Assembly: GCA_039698055.1 (NCBI GenBank)
Contig: JBDKTL010000030.1
Location: 1 to 64,000, forward strand
DNA: 64,000 nt
DNA from: Methanoregula sp.
GTDB lineage: Archaea; Halobacteriota; Methanomicrobia; Methanomicrobiales; Methanospirillaceae
Reading direction: 5' to 3'
Shown: in pieces, positions 49,821 through 59,151 of the stretch
Layout of the letters: every line of letters begins with the position of its first letter
Numbering within the stretch: the first letter of the stretch is position 1
Translations under genes and position numbers: made by a program
Notes under the pieces: model-generated
What the model saw: the letters and a program-made list of their open reading frames with translations, nothing else
The model's database searches: none
What the model was told of the DNA's origin: nothing

Positions 49821-50375
49821 TCATCCGCATCCCAGGAACCCGCGGATACTCCGGCTTGTGCGGCCGCCAAAATAGATATCCCGCTCACTCATGGTAGATA
49901 CCTCTTCGATAGTGAAATGGACCTTCGGGTGTTCCCTCTTGAGCATCTCCAACAACCGTTTCAGTTCAGTACGGGGTACAATACTGATCAGGACCGCAAC
50001 TGCCGGTACGAACTGGCCCGACCCGTTGATCCGCGTTGTCCCGAACCCCATCGTCCCCATACGGCTGATCAGCGGTTCAGGATCCTCAGTACAGAAAATC
50101 CGGATAACGGCCGTGCCGAGGCCGATCCACGATTCTATCGTCATCCCCAAAAGTGTACCAATCCCGTATCCTAGCATGTATGCAAGGATCCCGGGGATAT
50201 TGTCAAGATTCGTCAGTACGAGCCCGGTTGAGACGATCCAGACGCCGATCTTCAGCGTCCCGATACCCGAAGCGAGGTATTTGTGGCCTTTTGTTACATA
50301 GACAAGACGGATCGTCTCCATGGTGGTCTCGACAATCCGTGCAACAAGGATGATAAGCGGTAAGACAAGATCCAT
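49821..50375 (-). CDS. DUF2179/UPF0316 family membrane protein
   Basis: ARI...TIR...KG, AY..G.G.GT..G..IE and F.IEEV. Confidence 0.8.
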   Translation of the reverse strand: MDLVLPLIILVARIVETTMETIRLVYVTKGHKYLASGIGTLKIGVWIVSTGLVLTNLDNIPGILAYMLGYGIGTLLGMTIESWIGLGTAVIRIFCTEDPEPLISRMGTMGFGTTRINGSGQFVPAVAVLISIVPRTELKRLLEMLKREHPKVHFTIEEVSTMSERDIYFGGRTSRSIRGFLGCG

Positions 50376-50508
50376 TACGCATCCATAACCTGTGACCGCA
50401 GCTGACGTACGGTAATCTAGGCGTATCAGATTGCGGGTATGTATGCTTTGTGGGGTACTGAAAAAACATCCGTGCAATGGATCCCTGCGATAATGCAGAC
50501 GGTGTCAG

Positions 50509-50622
50509 CTATATTTCCAGATCATCGTGGAGCAGATCAAAAGCCGGTTTGTTGCGGAAAATATACCGGTACAGGATCCTCTTCAGTGCGAAGAACCAGT
50601 CTTTCCACACACGCGTACACAT
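50509..50622 (-). CDS. Tiny hypothetical protein (37 aa, MCTRVWKDWFF...)
   Basis: The ATG lies 4 nt after the stop of 50627..50860, my translation, below the ORF-track cutoff. Confidence 0.3.
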   Translation of the reverse strand: MCTRVWKDWFFALKRILYRYIFRNKPAFDLLHDDLEI

Positions 50623-50626
50623 TCTG

Positions 50627-50860
50627 TTAAATGGCGAAGTTGCCGCCCCAGGCCAGAGCATTCATCAGAGGGTCTTCCCATGAGGGATTGACACCGGATG
50701 AAATGGTGAGATTACTGAAATCATACCGGGCCAATAGCCTGCAATTCCCGCACCCTGCTATCCTGATTGCTGTGTTCAGGATCTCGTAAAAAAAATGGTG
50801 CGGGATATCCGGATCCCGGCTATCGGCCGGAGCCACTTTGCAATCCTGATATTCCGGCAT
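50627..50860 (-). CDS. Small hypothetical protein (CGNC)
   Basis: Part of a tightly packed minus-strand run of small ORFs. Confidence 0.4.
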   Translation of the reverse strand: MPEYQDCKVAPADSRDPDIPHHFFYEILNTAIRIAGCGNCRLLARYDFSNLTISSGVNPSWEDPLMNALAWGGNFAI

Positions 50861-51020
50861 TATTCCACGATTTGCTCTCTTTTTCCTTCATCCAGCATTC
50901 ATAGTGGTAGATCCTGTTGTCTGTCCAGACCGTATCTTCGTAAATGTGCAGCAGTTGTCCGCACCGGTGACAGACCTTACGTATCCATGTTATAGGGATA
51001 ATTTTCTTCATCATCATCAC
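50820..51020 (-). CDS. Small zinc-finger-like protein (CHRC...HYEC)
   Basis: CxxC plus HxxC spacing, with GGTGA overlapping the start region. Confidence 0.5.
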   Translation of the reverse strand: MMMMKKIIPITWIRKVCHRCGQLLHIYEDTVWTDNRIYHYECWMKEKESKSWNNAGISGLQSGSGR

Positions 51021-51032
51021 CGATTTTCCGCT

Positions 51033-51431
51033 CTAATGCACCGGATAAAGATTTTTCAATCGTGTGTATTCATGGATTACACAATCCGGAGTAGTGCACC
51101 TCCAGAGTTTTCTCTCACCGGGTCCTGCAATCAGGACCATCGGCTTGCGACATTCACAGCAGAAGACCTTTCTCATGGATTCCTTCAGGGTATTTCCCTC
51201 GCGCTGGATTATATCGAAAAGACAGGCGATTCCCAGCCTGTCAGGCAAAGGAATGATTGCAGGACATCCGATACAATCGCATGCATCAGCACAATCCGGC
51301 CTGGCCTTGGCTGCGAGCGTTCTGATATCTTGAACTGCAAGGTAGATCTTCTCCATTTTTTTATCGCTCATCAAATCCTCCATCTGACGAAATTTCAGAT
51401 ACCATTTCCAATTCCTGTGTTTTTCATTCAA
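51033..51431 (-). CDS. Cys-rich hypothetical protein
   Basis: CADACDCIGCP, CCEC..M and WRCTTPDC. The start is uncertain (51431, 51383 or 51371). Confidence 0.55.
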   Translation of the reverse strand: MNEKHRNWKWYLKFRQMEDLMSDKKMEKIYLAVQDIRTLAAKARPDCADACDCIGCPAIIPLPDRLGIACLFDIIQREGNTLKESMRKVFCCECRKPMVLIAGPGERKLWRCTTPDCVIHEYTRLKNLYPVH

Positions 51432-51480
51432 CCGGGAACATCGGATCCGCCATCACCATAGCCGATGAAAACCATCATTA

Positions 51481-51576
51481 TTAGAACAACGATCCGGCCA
51501 TAATCATGACGAGAATCCAGATAATCAGGAGAGCCACAAGCCCCCAGAATACCTGATCCACCGTATAATATTCCAA
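51481..51576 (-). CDS. Tiny single-TM protein (31 aa, MEYYTVDQVFWGLVALLIIWILVMIMAGSLF)
   Basis: AGGTGA RBS 6 nt before TTG and one hydrophobic helix, my translation. Confidence 0.45.
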   Translation of the reverse strand: MEYYTVDQVFWGLVALLIIWILVMIMAGSLF

Positions 51577-51748
51577 GCCTGGTCACCTGCCATTATTACC
51601 CTGTTTTCATTCTCCGGTACGGGTTTCATTATATGTCCCGGAGGATACCCGGAACCGACCGCGTTGTCCAGTCCTTTCACCTGAATCCAGAAATTGATGA
51701 GACCGGTTTTTCCTGACCGGTCATCGTATTTTTTTTAATCAATGCGCA

Positions 51749-51976
51749 TCAGTACGTCCGTCGTGATGATCGTGTATTCTGGCGTTGCAATAATTGGATG
51801 AACTGTTGGTTCCGCGGACATTCATACGGATTCACACCCTGTTCCGGGTTCCATTTCCCTTCCATCGGGTTGAATCGTGCCGGGCACGATACTTCTTCAA
51901 CGATCGGCGAATGAATTCCCGGCACCATTCTAATTATTTTGTGTTCGCAATCTCTGCAAAACGAATGAATACTCAT
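51749..51976 (-). CDS. Small Cys-containing hypothetical protein (FCRDC...CP...CP)
   Basis: ATG ORF with metal-binding-like Cys spacing. Confidence 0.5.
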   Translation of the reverse strand: MSIHSFCRDCEHKIIRMVPGIHSPIVEEVSCPARFNPMEGKWNPEQGVNPYECPRNQQFIQLLQRQNTRSSRRTY

Positions 51977-52351
51977 GGTTTTTGTTTCCTGTTTTGAATA
52001 AACATCAGATGTAACCTGACGTGCCGTCCGGGCGATGTTCTCTGAATGCAGAATAACGCCCTGTGCAAGCATTACCGGATGAAAAAAGATGATGGGGGAT
52101 TGAGGTGTTACTGCTGTATCAGTTGGGGCTTGATGAATTTGATGAATTGAAGGAATTATTCGATGTGTAATCATCTTCTGAATGCATCCGGCTTGAGCCA
52201 TTACACAAAGGAATACACCAATTCATCGCATCACTCCTGTACACATATTTGTCGTATGATAATAAGTAGTTTAAGGTGTTCCCTACGGGGATAATTGAAC
52301 TTCAGTTACCTTTACCAGTCTGATATTATTTGAGACCATACGGATTCCGGA

Positions 52352-52954
52352 TTATTTTTTCCTGCCCGTACCCGCCAGCGTATGAATCATCCCGGTGAAC
52401 GAATCGCGGCTCCGGTGCCGGAAGACTCCTTCGTTCACGTACCGGACATCCTCAATTGAGAAGAACGCCCGTGGATTGATCCTCTCAATACCCAGAGTAA
52501 TCCGGGAAAGCTCCGACCGGTTCACGAGTGAGAGGATCATGGTGACGGTTCCCCGCGATCCCCGGGCATCGAGACAGGTAACCCCGTGATTCTCTGACTG
52601 GAGGTATGCGGTGATCGCGTCACAGGATTCATCAGTTGTCACGATACGCAGGATCACCATGCCGAGGGACAACTTCTCCTCGACAACGAGCCCGACATAC
52701 GTTCCAGCTGCAAATCCCAGCGCGTATGCGAGGAAGTTTGCAATATTGGCAAGGTCTTTCATCACGACCTCGACTGCCAGAAGCCAGATCACGATCTCAA
52801 AGAACGCGATCGCGGCGGCAAGGACACGGATGCCCTTGGATATGAAGACGATTCGTACCGTCTCCAACGTAACATCACAGACACGGGCCAGAAAGATCAG
52901 CAGGGGAAGGATCACCCATGCATAGAGTTCGGGACTTATTAAGAGAAATGCCAT
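52352..52954 (-). CDS. DUF2179/UPF0316 family membrane protein
   Basis: LPLLIFLARVCDV..T.RI..ISKG, AYALGFAAGTYVG and AFFSIEDVR. Confidence 0.88.
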   Translation of the reverse strand: MAFLLISPELYAWVILPLLIFLARVCDVTLETVRIVFISKGIRVLAAAIAFFEIVIWLLAVEVVMKDLANIANFLAYALGFAAGTYVGLVVEEKLSLGMVILRIVTTDESCDAITAYLQSENHGVTCLDARGSRGTVTMILSLVNRSELSRITLGIERINPRAFFSIEDVRYVNEGVFRHRSRDSFTGMIHTLAGTGRKK

Positions 52955-53132
52955 TCACTCGCCTAAAGGTGTCATCCATTTCAGGACGATAATCATAGGA
53001 TGCTGTCTCTTCCCATATCAACATTCTCAGGCAGGACACGGCAGATTATATGGAAGAGAACCAACAATAATACAAGATACTTTTCATGGAACACTCTGCC
53101 AGCCACGACAGCACAGACAGAACGTATGCGTA

Positions 53133-54677
53133 ATGAACCTGCTCCCCCCGTCACAGGAACTCACGCCGGAAGAGGTTGAGCACGGCTTATCCAACATCAT
53201 TTATGATGGCCTGACAACGCATGCATTCGTCACGCTCACGAGCGGCATTTTCCTGATCGCATTCGCTCTTGAGCTCGGAGCATCCAACATTGTAATCGGC
53301 CTTCTTGCAGCAATCCCGGCACTTACGGAGCTTATCCAGATCCCGGCAGTCGGATTAATCGAACGTGTCCGGAACCGTCGCCTCATAACCGTTGTTTCCT
53401 CTTTCCTGTCCCGGGGATTATGGCTCGTTATCGCTCTCATACCGTTCCTGTTCTCAAAACAGGCCGGGATTTATTGCCTGATCATCCTTCTGATCCTGTA
53501 CTGTTGCATCTCATCCGTCAAGCACTGCGGCTGGAAGTCCTGGATGCGGGACCTGATACCGGATGAGATCCTCGGGATGTTCTTCTCGCGGAGGATGGCA
53601 CTTTCCTTTGCGCTTGCAATCATTCTCTCCCTCTGCGCCAGTTTCTTTCTTGATGTCTGGCAGAGCGACAGCATGAGGGAGCCATCCTACGGCTACTCAA
53701 TGATCTTCCTGGCAGGGAGTCTCATCGGCCTTGCGGGTACCTGTTACCTGATACGGACCCCCGAGCCGCAGATGACCCGGCAATTCAGTGCTCCGCTTAC
53801 CAGCCGGTTTCCCGTCTGGTTTGCCGATACGAACTTCCGCAACCTGATAATCTTCCTCAGCCTGTGGAGTTTTGCGGTCAACCTGGCAGCGCCGTTCGTC
53901 ACGGTCTATCTCCTGAAACGGCTCTCGCTCGATATTACTATCGTAATTTTACTGTCCATTGTCAGCCAGGTATGCAGCATCGTCTCGCTTCCGCTCTGGG
54001 GATCCATCGCCGACCGGTTCAGCAACAAATCCGTGCTCCATGTTGCCGGCCCGCTCTTCCTGCTCTGTTTCCTTGCGCTCACCTTCACAAACCTGCCCGA
54101 TCCGCATGCCTTCACGATGCCGCTTCTTGTCATCGTCCATATCACCATGGGAGTGTCAATGGCCGGTGTCACGCTTGCCGCCGGCAACATCGGCCTGAAA
54201 CTGGCCCCGAAGGGATCGGCAACATCCTACCTTGCAGGCATCAGCATCTTCACGGCACTCACCGCAGGAATTGCTCCTGTCATCGGCGGGTTTTTTGTCG
54301 ACCATCTTGCCGAATGCGAACTGACATGGAACCTGATCTGGAAGAGCCCCGGCATCCAGTTCACCATCCCGACGCTCTACCTGATCCACTGGGATTACTT
54401 CTTTGTCTTTGCCTTCCTGATCGGGCTGTACTCTCTCCACCGGCTCTCGTACGTCCAGGAGCAGGGTGAGGTGGACGAGCCGATCTTCATCCCCTCGCTC
54501 ATCGCCTATGGCAAGGATATGCGGAACTTCTCGACTGCCGGCGGCATCCGGAACCTTCTCCGCTTCCCGGTGAACGGCATCGACATCCAGTCCGACAATA
54601 CCTCGCGGGAATGCCGGCTGGCACGGGAGGCACCGCAGTTATCAGAACAAAAAAAACATACGAGGGAGGGACGGTAG
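53133..54677 (+). CDS. MFS transporter
   Basis: About 12 TM helices and the WGSIADRFSNK MFS motif A. Confidence 0.85.
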   Translation: MNLLPPSQELTPEEVEHGLSNIIYDGLTTHAFVTLTSGIFLIAFALELGASNIVIGLLAAIPALTELIQIPAVGLIERVRNRRLITVVSSFLSRGLWLVIALIPFLFSKQAGIYCLIILLILYCCISSVKHCGWKSWMRDLIPDEILGMFFSRRMALSFALAIILSLCASFFLDVWQSDSMREPSYGYSMIFLAGSLIGLAGTCYLIRTPEPQMTRQFSAPLTSRFPVWFADTNFRNLIIFLSLWSFAVNLAAPFVTVYLLKRLSLDITIVILLSIVSQVCSIVSLPLWGSIADRFSNKSVLHVAGPLFLLCFLALTFTNLPDPHAFTMPLLVIVHITMGVSMAGVTLAAGNIGLKLAPKGSATSYLAGISIFTALTAGIAPVIGGFFVDHLAECELTWNLIWKSPGIQFTIPTLYLIHWDYFFVFAFLIGLYSLHRLSYVQEQGEVDEPIFIPSLIAYGKDMRNFSTAGGIRNLLRFPVNGIDIQSDNTSRECRLAREAPQLSEQKKHTREGR

Positions 54678-54762
54678 GTCTCCCATTCTTTGGTTCCTTA
54701 TGATATGCCTTTTATAGTGCCGTGGTGTTATACACAATAAGCGCTGGCAAACATCAGTTCCG

Positions 54763-56292
54763 ATGCCCATGATCCCAAGAATTTCCATTCTCTATGTTGA
54801 TGATGAACCGGCTCTCCTTGAGCTGGGCAGAATATTCCTTGAAAAGAACGAAACATTCAGGGTTCAGACAAGCACATCGGTCAATGATGCCACAGCCCTG
54901 CTTGCTGTAAACCAGTATGATGTTGTAGTCTCTGATTACCAGATGCCGGAACGGGACGGGATCGAGTTTCTCAAATATGTGCGGGCTAATCACGGGGGTC
55001 TCCCCTTCATCCTCTTCACCGGCAGGGGCCGGGAAGAAGTGGTTATCGAAGCGATCAATAATGGTGCGGATTTCTACCTCCAGAAAGGTGGCGACCCGGT
55101 CCCGCAGTTCGCCGAGTTGTCGCAGAAGATCAGGATGGCCGTTGAGAAACGAAAGACCAGTGAGATGCTCAGGAGACAGACGGTCGTGCTGGGAGAGCGG
55201 GTGAAGGAGCTGAACTGCCTGTACCGCCTCGCAGAAGCAATCAATACCCACGGGATCACCCTTGATACGATGTTACAGGACTGTGTCAACCTCATCCCCT
55301 CCGGTTACCAGTACCCGGATTGTACGTGCGTCCGTGTGGTGTTCCACGACCGGGAATACACGACACCGGGTTTTTCTAAATCAGTCTGGAACCAGAACGC
55401 ACTCATCTTCCTTGGCGGTGCCTGTGCAGGTACTATCGAGGTCTCCTATACTGGCAGACTGGCGGAACGGGTGAACGATGCGTTCCTGGCCGAAGAGAAT
55501 TCCCTCCTGAACGGCGTCGTGAAGATCCTTGAAAACAGTATTGCCCGTAAGATTGCGGAAGACAACATTCGGGATTTCTATGAGAACCGGGAGAATCCGA
55601 TACAAAAAGATGTGCCAGGGCAGATTTCAGCTGGCGGAAACCTTCAGCGTACTGGGATGGAGGAGGACCTGCGGAAATCCCGGGAACAGAAAGAGGTGCT
55701 GCTCCGTGAGGTCCAGCAGCGCGTGAAAAACAACCTGCGTGCAGTTCACGATCTTCTTGCGCTCCAGCAAAAATATATCCGGGACGAGAAGGTTCTCAAG
55801 ACACTTCATGAAAGCCAGAACCGGATCCGGGCGATGGCGCTTGTCCACGAGATCCTCTACCAGACTCCGGAGATCACGAATATTGATCTTGCGCTGTATG
55901 TCAATACACTCGGGAAAAACCTGTTCGATTTCTATAAAATCAAAGGGTCACGGATCACCCTGCGAACGGATATACCGGGGATATGTATCGGGGTAAACTC
56001 GGCTATTCCCATCGGCCTGATCATGAATGAGCTGATCTCGAATGCCCTCAAGCATGCGTTTCCCGGGAACTCCTGCGGGGAGATCTTCATCAGGGTCCGG
56101 AAAAAGGACCGGTCCATCTCGCTCCTCGTCCGTGACACCGGTGCAGGAATGCCCCGGGACCTGAACTGGCGCGATTCAAAATCGCTGGGGTTACGCATGG
56201 TCTTCTCGCTGGTGGAACAGATGAATGGTACTATCGGCCTTGACCGGAGCAGGGGGACTGAGTTCTCCATGGTCCTGGAAGAGCGGAAATGA
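54763..56292 (+). CDS. REC-GAF-like-HisKA_2-HATPase hybrid protein lacking the phospho-acceptor His
   Basis: Receiver ILYVDDE/SDYQMP. The H-box reads EVQQRVKNNL. ELISNALKHAF, DTGAG and SLGL are present. Confidence 0.85.
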   Translation: MPMIPRISILYVDDEPALLELGRIFLEKNETFRVQTSTSVNDATALLAVNQYDVVVSDYQMPERDGIEFLKYVRANHGGLPFILFTGRGREEVVIEAINNGADFYLQKGGDPVPQFAELSQKIRMAVEKRKTSEMLRRQTVVLGERVKELNCLYRLAEAINTHGITLDTMLQDCVNLIPSGYQYPDCTCVRVVFHDREYTTPGFSKSVWNQNALIFLGGACAGTIEVSYTGRLAERVNDAFLAEENSLLNGVVKILENSIARKIAEDNIRDFYENRENPIQKDVPGQISAGGNLQRTGMEEDLRKSREQKEVLLREVQQRVKNNLRAVHDLLALQQKYIRDEKVLKTLHESQNRIRAMALVHEILYQTPEITNIDLALYVNTLGKNLFDFYKIKGSRITLRTDIPGICIGVNSAIPIGLIMNELISNALKHAFPGNSCGEIFIRVRKKDRSISLLVRDTGAGMPRDLNWRDSKSLGLRMVFSLVEQMNGTIGLDRSRGTEFSMVLEERK

Positions 56293-56488
56293 CATGTATC
56301 ATCTGGTTTTTACAATGAGGATCTCAAGAAGGAACGGAGGATTCTGGGGAGAACAAAAGAGGAGGCCAGAAAGAGATCCGACCGGATAAGGAATGGGGAT
56401 GATACGGAAACAGAGGGTGAAGAAAAAGGATTAAGAAAGCACCGGATTACGGCCCGACAATTTAATCGAGTCGCCGCACGTCTGCATA

Positions 56489-56686
56489 TGCCCGATCAAC
56501 AGCGACGAGCATTCCGCAGGAGCGGTATGCAAGGAGCGGGCCCTAGCAGCCGCTGGCGCCGGAGCAACGCGACAAGCCCGGGGCATCAATCCTACCAACA
56601 AACAGGGCAACTCCGGAAAACAGCGAGGTGATGTGAGCGGAACGGGTGATACGCCCGTTGAGACGAACATGACGGAAGCGTCTGCG
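56489..56686 (+). repeat. Structured repeat family copy D (middle and core)
   Basis: GCCCGATCAACAGCGACGA, AGGAGCGGGCC, GCAGCCGCTGGCGCCGGAGC, GCGACAAGCC, TCCTACCAACA and AAAACAGCGAGGTGATGTGA all match 41083-41221. It ends GAACATGACGGAAGCGTCT. Confidence 0.88.
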
Positions 56687-56757
56687 TGGTATCGTTAACA
56701 AAAAAAATTGTGGGAATTCAGATCACAATAATTATGAATTAGAAGGGAATTCTCCGG

Positions 56758-57522
56758 TCACTTCTTCAGGCTCTTCAAAACAAGGTTGGCCGCCTGCTCA
56801 CCGGACAACAGCATTCCCCCAAAGACCGCTCCCATCCGGCTCTCTCCCCCGACGGCATTGGCTGCCATACCGGCAACAAAAAGTCCGGGGAACACCTCCT
56901 TAGTATGCTGGAGAATATGGGATTCGGCTCGGTCAGCCCACATGAAACTCTCGCCTTTTACCTGAAGGTTCCCACCCTTCTTTTCCACAAGCCTCGCAAC
57001 AACCGAGTCATGACCGGTTGCATCGACTGTATAGCTGCAACGCATGACAAGAGGATCGACATGGAGTTTTCCCATCTCAACGGCAGTCCAGTTGATCACG
57101 AGCCCGCTGATCCGCCCGTCTGCCTTGATCATGACATCCTCCACGGACGTGAGATTGAAGAATTCAGCTCCCGCATCACAGGCAGCAGCGGTAAGTTTGG
57201 AGACAGCTTCGACTGACTTGGCGACATAATATCCCTCTTCGTAAACAGCGGAGCGGATGTGAAACCGGTCAAGCAGGCGGCGTGCCTCTTCCTGCACGAC
57301 AATCCGGGGAAACATCATCCCGCCACCCCACATTCCGCCGCCGACTGAGAGTTTCTTCTCGATAATGCCGACCTTGATGCCTTTTTCAGCGATCAGTGCA
57401 GCGCAGGTAAGTCCGGCCGGCCCGGCTCCCACGACAGCCACATCCAGTTCCATATAATCGATCAGGGTATTCATCTGGGTTGAGAGAATCGCCCTGCTGA
57501 TGGTAATTTCATTGAGTTCCAT
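56758..57522 (-). CDS. thi4: Sulfide-dependent adenosine diphosphate thiazole synthase
   Basis: GAGPAG, GGGMWGGG, HVDP (His rather than Cys, so the sulfide-using type) and RMG..FGGMLLSG. Confidence 0.93.
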   Translation of the reverse strand: MELNEITISRAILSTQMNTLIDYMELDVAVVGAGPAGLTCAALIAEKGIKVGIIEKKLSVGGGMWGGGMMFPRIVVQEEARRLLDRFHIRSAVYEEGYYVAKSVEAVSKLTAAACDAGAEFFNLTSVEDVMIKADGRISGLVINWTAVEMGKLHVDPLVMRCSYTVDATGHDSVVARLVEKKGGNLQVKGESFMWADRAESHILQHTKEVFPGLFVAGMAANAVGGESRMGAVFGGMLLSGEQAANLVLKSLKK

Positions 57523-57591
57523 GGTAATTGCCTTCACAGTATATTATTCAGAATACTATTACAACGTTAGGAATCGGGGTAAGGAAAAGAG

Positions 57592-58191
57592 TTATTTCTG
57601 TGATTGTGCATAGTCCCGTGCAATCCCGCATACATCTCGTGCAACACCCATCGGTTCATCCCCCACGATAATACAGACCGGCTCTTTTCCCATTCCTCCG
57701 GCATCGCAGATAATTTTCGGCACTCTCCCACCGGCGGCCCGAACCGATTCTGCCGCCTTCCACTGCATCGATAACCCCTCTGCAATCCTGAGTTCGGCAG
57801 GTTCAATCCTCCGGTCAATCATGACAGATGCCCAGCCTTGCTGTATGCAATAGTCTGACAGCCAGTCTGAAAATCCGGGAGGATTTGCAAAATCGATCCC
57901 GGCCCGGACGGTCGGATCGGTCTTCATGAGTTCGATGATGAACCGGGCCATATGGCCCGATGCACCGAACCGGACTCTCCCGGCAGCCCGTGGCATACCG
58001 TTGATGATGGTGATCCGGCCATCTACGGCCAGGACTTCATCGGGAGTTTTTGCATACGGGTGTGCAAATACCATATTGGTCCTGACTTCCGGTATGAGAG
58101 CGGTAAATTCCCTGCATGCTTCAACCTTCTCAAGGGCAATCGTCATCCGTCCGAACATGTCGATCTCTGTGGTGGGGTCAGGTTGTTTCAT
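57592..58191 (-). CDS. thiN: Thiamine-phosphate synthase ThiN domain protein
   Basis: LIPEVRTN, DGRI, FGASGHMAR, DRRIEP, EG.SM.W and G..GKEP. Confidence 0.85.
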   Translation of the reverse strand: MKQPDPTTEIDMFGRMTIALEKVEACREFTALIPEVRTNMVFAHPYAKTPDEVLAVDGRITIINGMPRAAGRVRFGASGHMARFIIELMKTDPTVRAGIDFANPPGFSDWLSDYCIQQGWASVMIDRRIEPAELRIAEGLSMQWKAAESVRAAGGRVPKIICDAGGMGKEPVCIIVGDEPMGVARDVCGIARDYAQSQK

Positions 58192-58246
58192 GGTCCTCCT
58201 CTGTTCATCTGAATTATGTGATGGGAAGGATTATTGGTTCTCTGGT

Positions 58247-58358
58247 CATGTGACCGAGCGTCTTCATCTTCCCTGATCAGCTGAGGGTAGATCGCCGCCC
58301 CGCTCCGCACGCTTCGTGCACCTGCGGCGCACTCGCACGTGCTACCCGGGCCGGCTTG
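58247..58358 (+). repeat. Structured repeat family copy E (core and tail)
   Basis: TGACCGAGCGTCTTCAT, GATCGCCGCCCC, TCGTGCACCTGCGGCGCACTCGCA and CCGGCTTG match 41256-41363. Confidence 0.88.
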
Positions 58359-58426
58359 AATCTGACCAGAATGGCTTTAATGTTATAATAAAAAGCAAAT
58401 TGAAGCAATCCGGAAACGGGTGACCG

Positions 58427-58798
58427 ATGAAAGAGCAAACCATTCAGTTATTCACCGAGAAGGAAGAAGAATTTGTCAACCTTCTCATTGAGATCGGCAC
58501 AAAGAAGACCGTTGCACAAATGCTGGTATTTCTTGCAAATACTCCGACAGCAACATCACGGGATCTCGAACGCGGGACGGACCTGCGCCAGCCCGAAGTA
58601 AGCATAGCGATAAAATATCTGTCCGGGCAAGGCTGGATCAAAAGTGGTGAGGCCCCGTCCCAGCATAAAGGACGGCCACAGAAAATCTATTCCCTCGCTG
58701 TACCAATCAAACAAATTATTGCAGCCATTGAAAAAGCAAAGAAAGACGAGGCCACCGAACGTCTTGTTCTCGTTAAGAAAATACGAGATTATATCTGA
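58427..58798 (+). CDS. Winged-helix transcriptional regulator (methanogen ArsR/MarR-like family)
   Basis: TSRDLERGTDLRQPEVSIA..GW..KGRPQKIYSL, with a GGTGA RBS. Confidence 0.85.
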   Translation: MKEQTIQLFTEKEEEFVNLLIEIGTKKTVAQMLVFLANTPTATSRDLERGTDLRQPEVSIAIKYLSGQGWIKSGEAPSQHKGRPQKIYSLAVPIKQIIAAIEKAKKDEATERLVLVKKIRDYI

Positions 58799-59151
58799 AT
58801 ATCCCAAAAATCCCGATTTTTGAAACCTCCGTCGGAGAAAAAGACCTTCATATTCGCGTTCTGGTGACCGTTTTGGGGCCCGGATAGGGTAAACTAGGTG
58901 GCAAAACCCGGCACGATTTAAGGGCCTTTGGTGGCTGTTATACGAGGCACAAATCAGCCGTATTTTGGCAAACGGGGCAATTATAGGGCATATTCTCCAC
59001 AGGAACTGAAAATATGGATAATCCGAGGTTTTCCGGTAGTGGCCCGGAGACGGGGGCAGGAAACGGAGCCCGTATAGGGCTTATTTCCCCTCAGGGTCCG
59101 GATCCCTCCATTTCAGGTCCTTCCGACGTGGATAAAAAGGGGAAAACTGGT

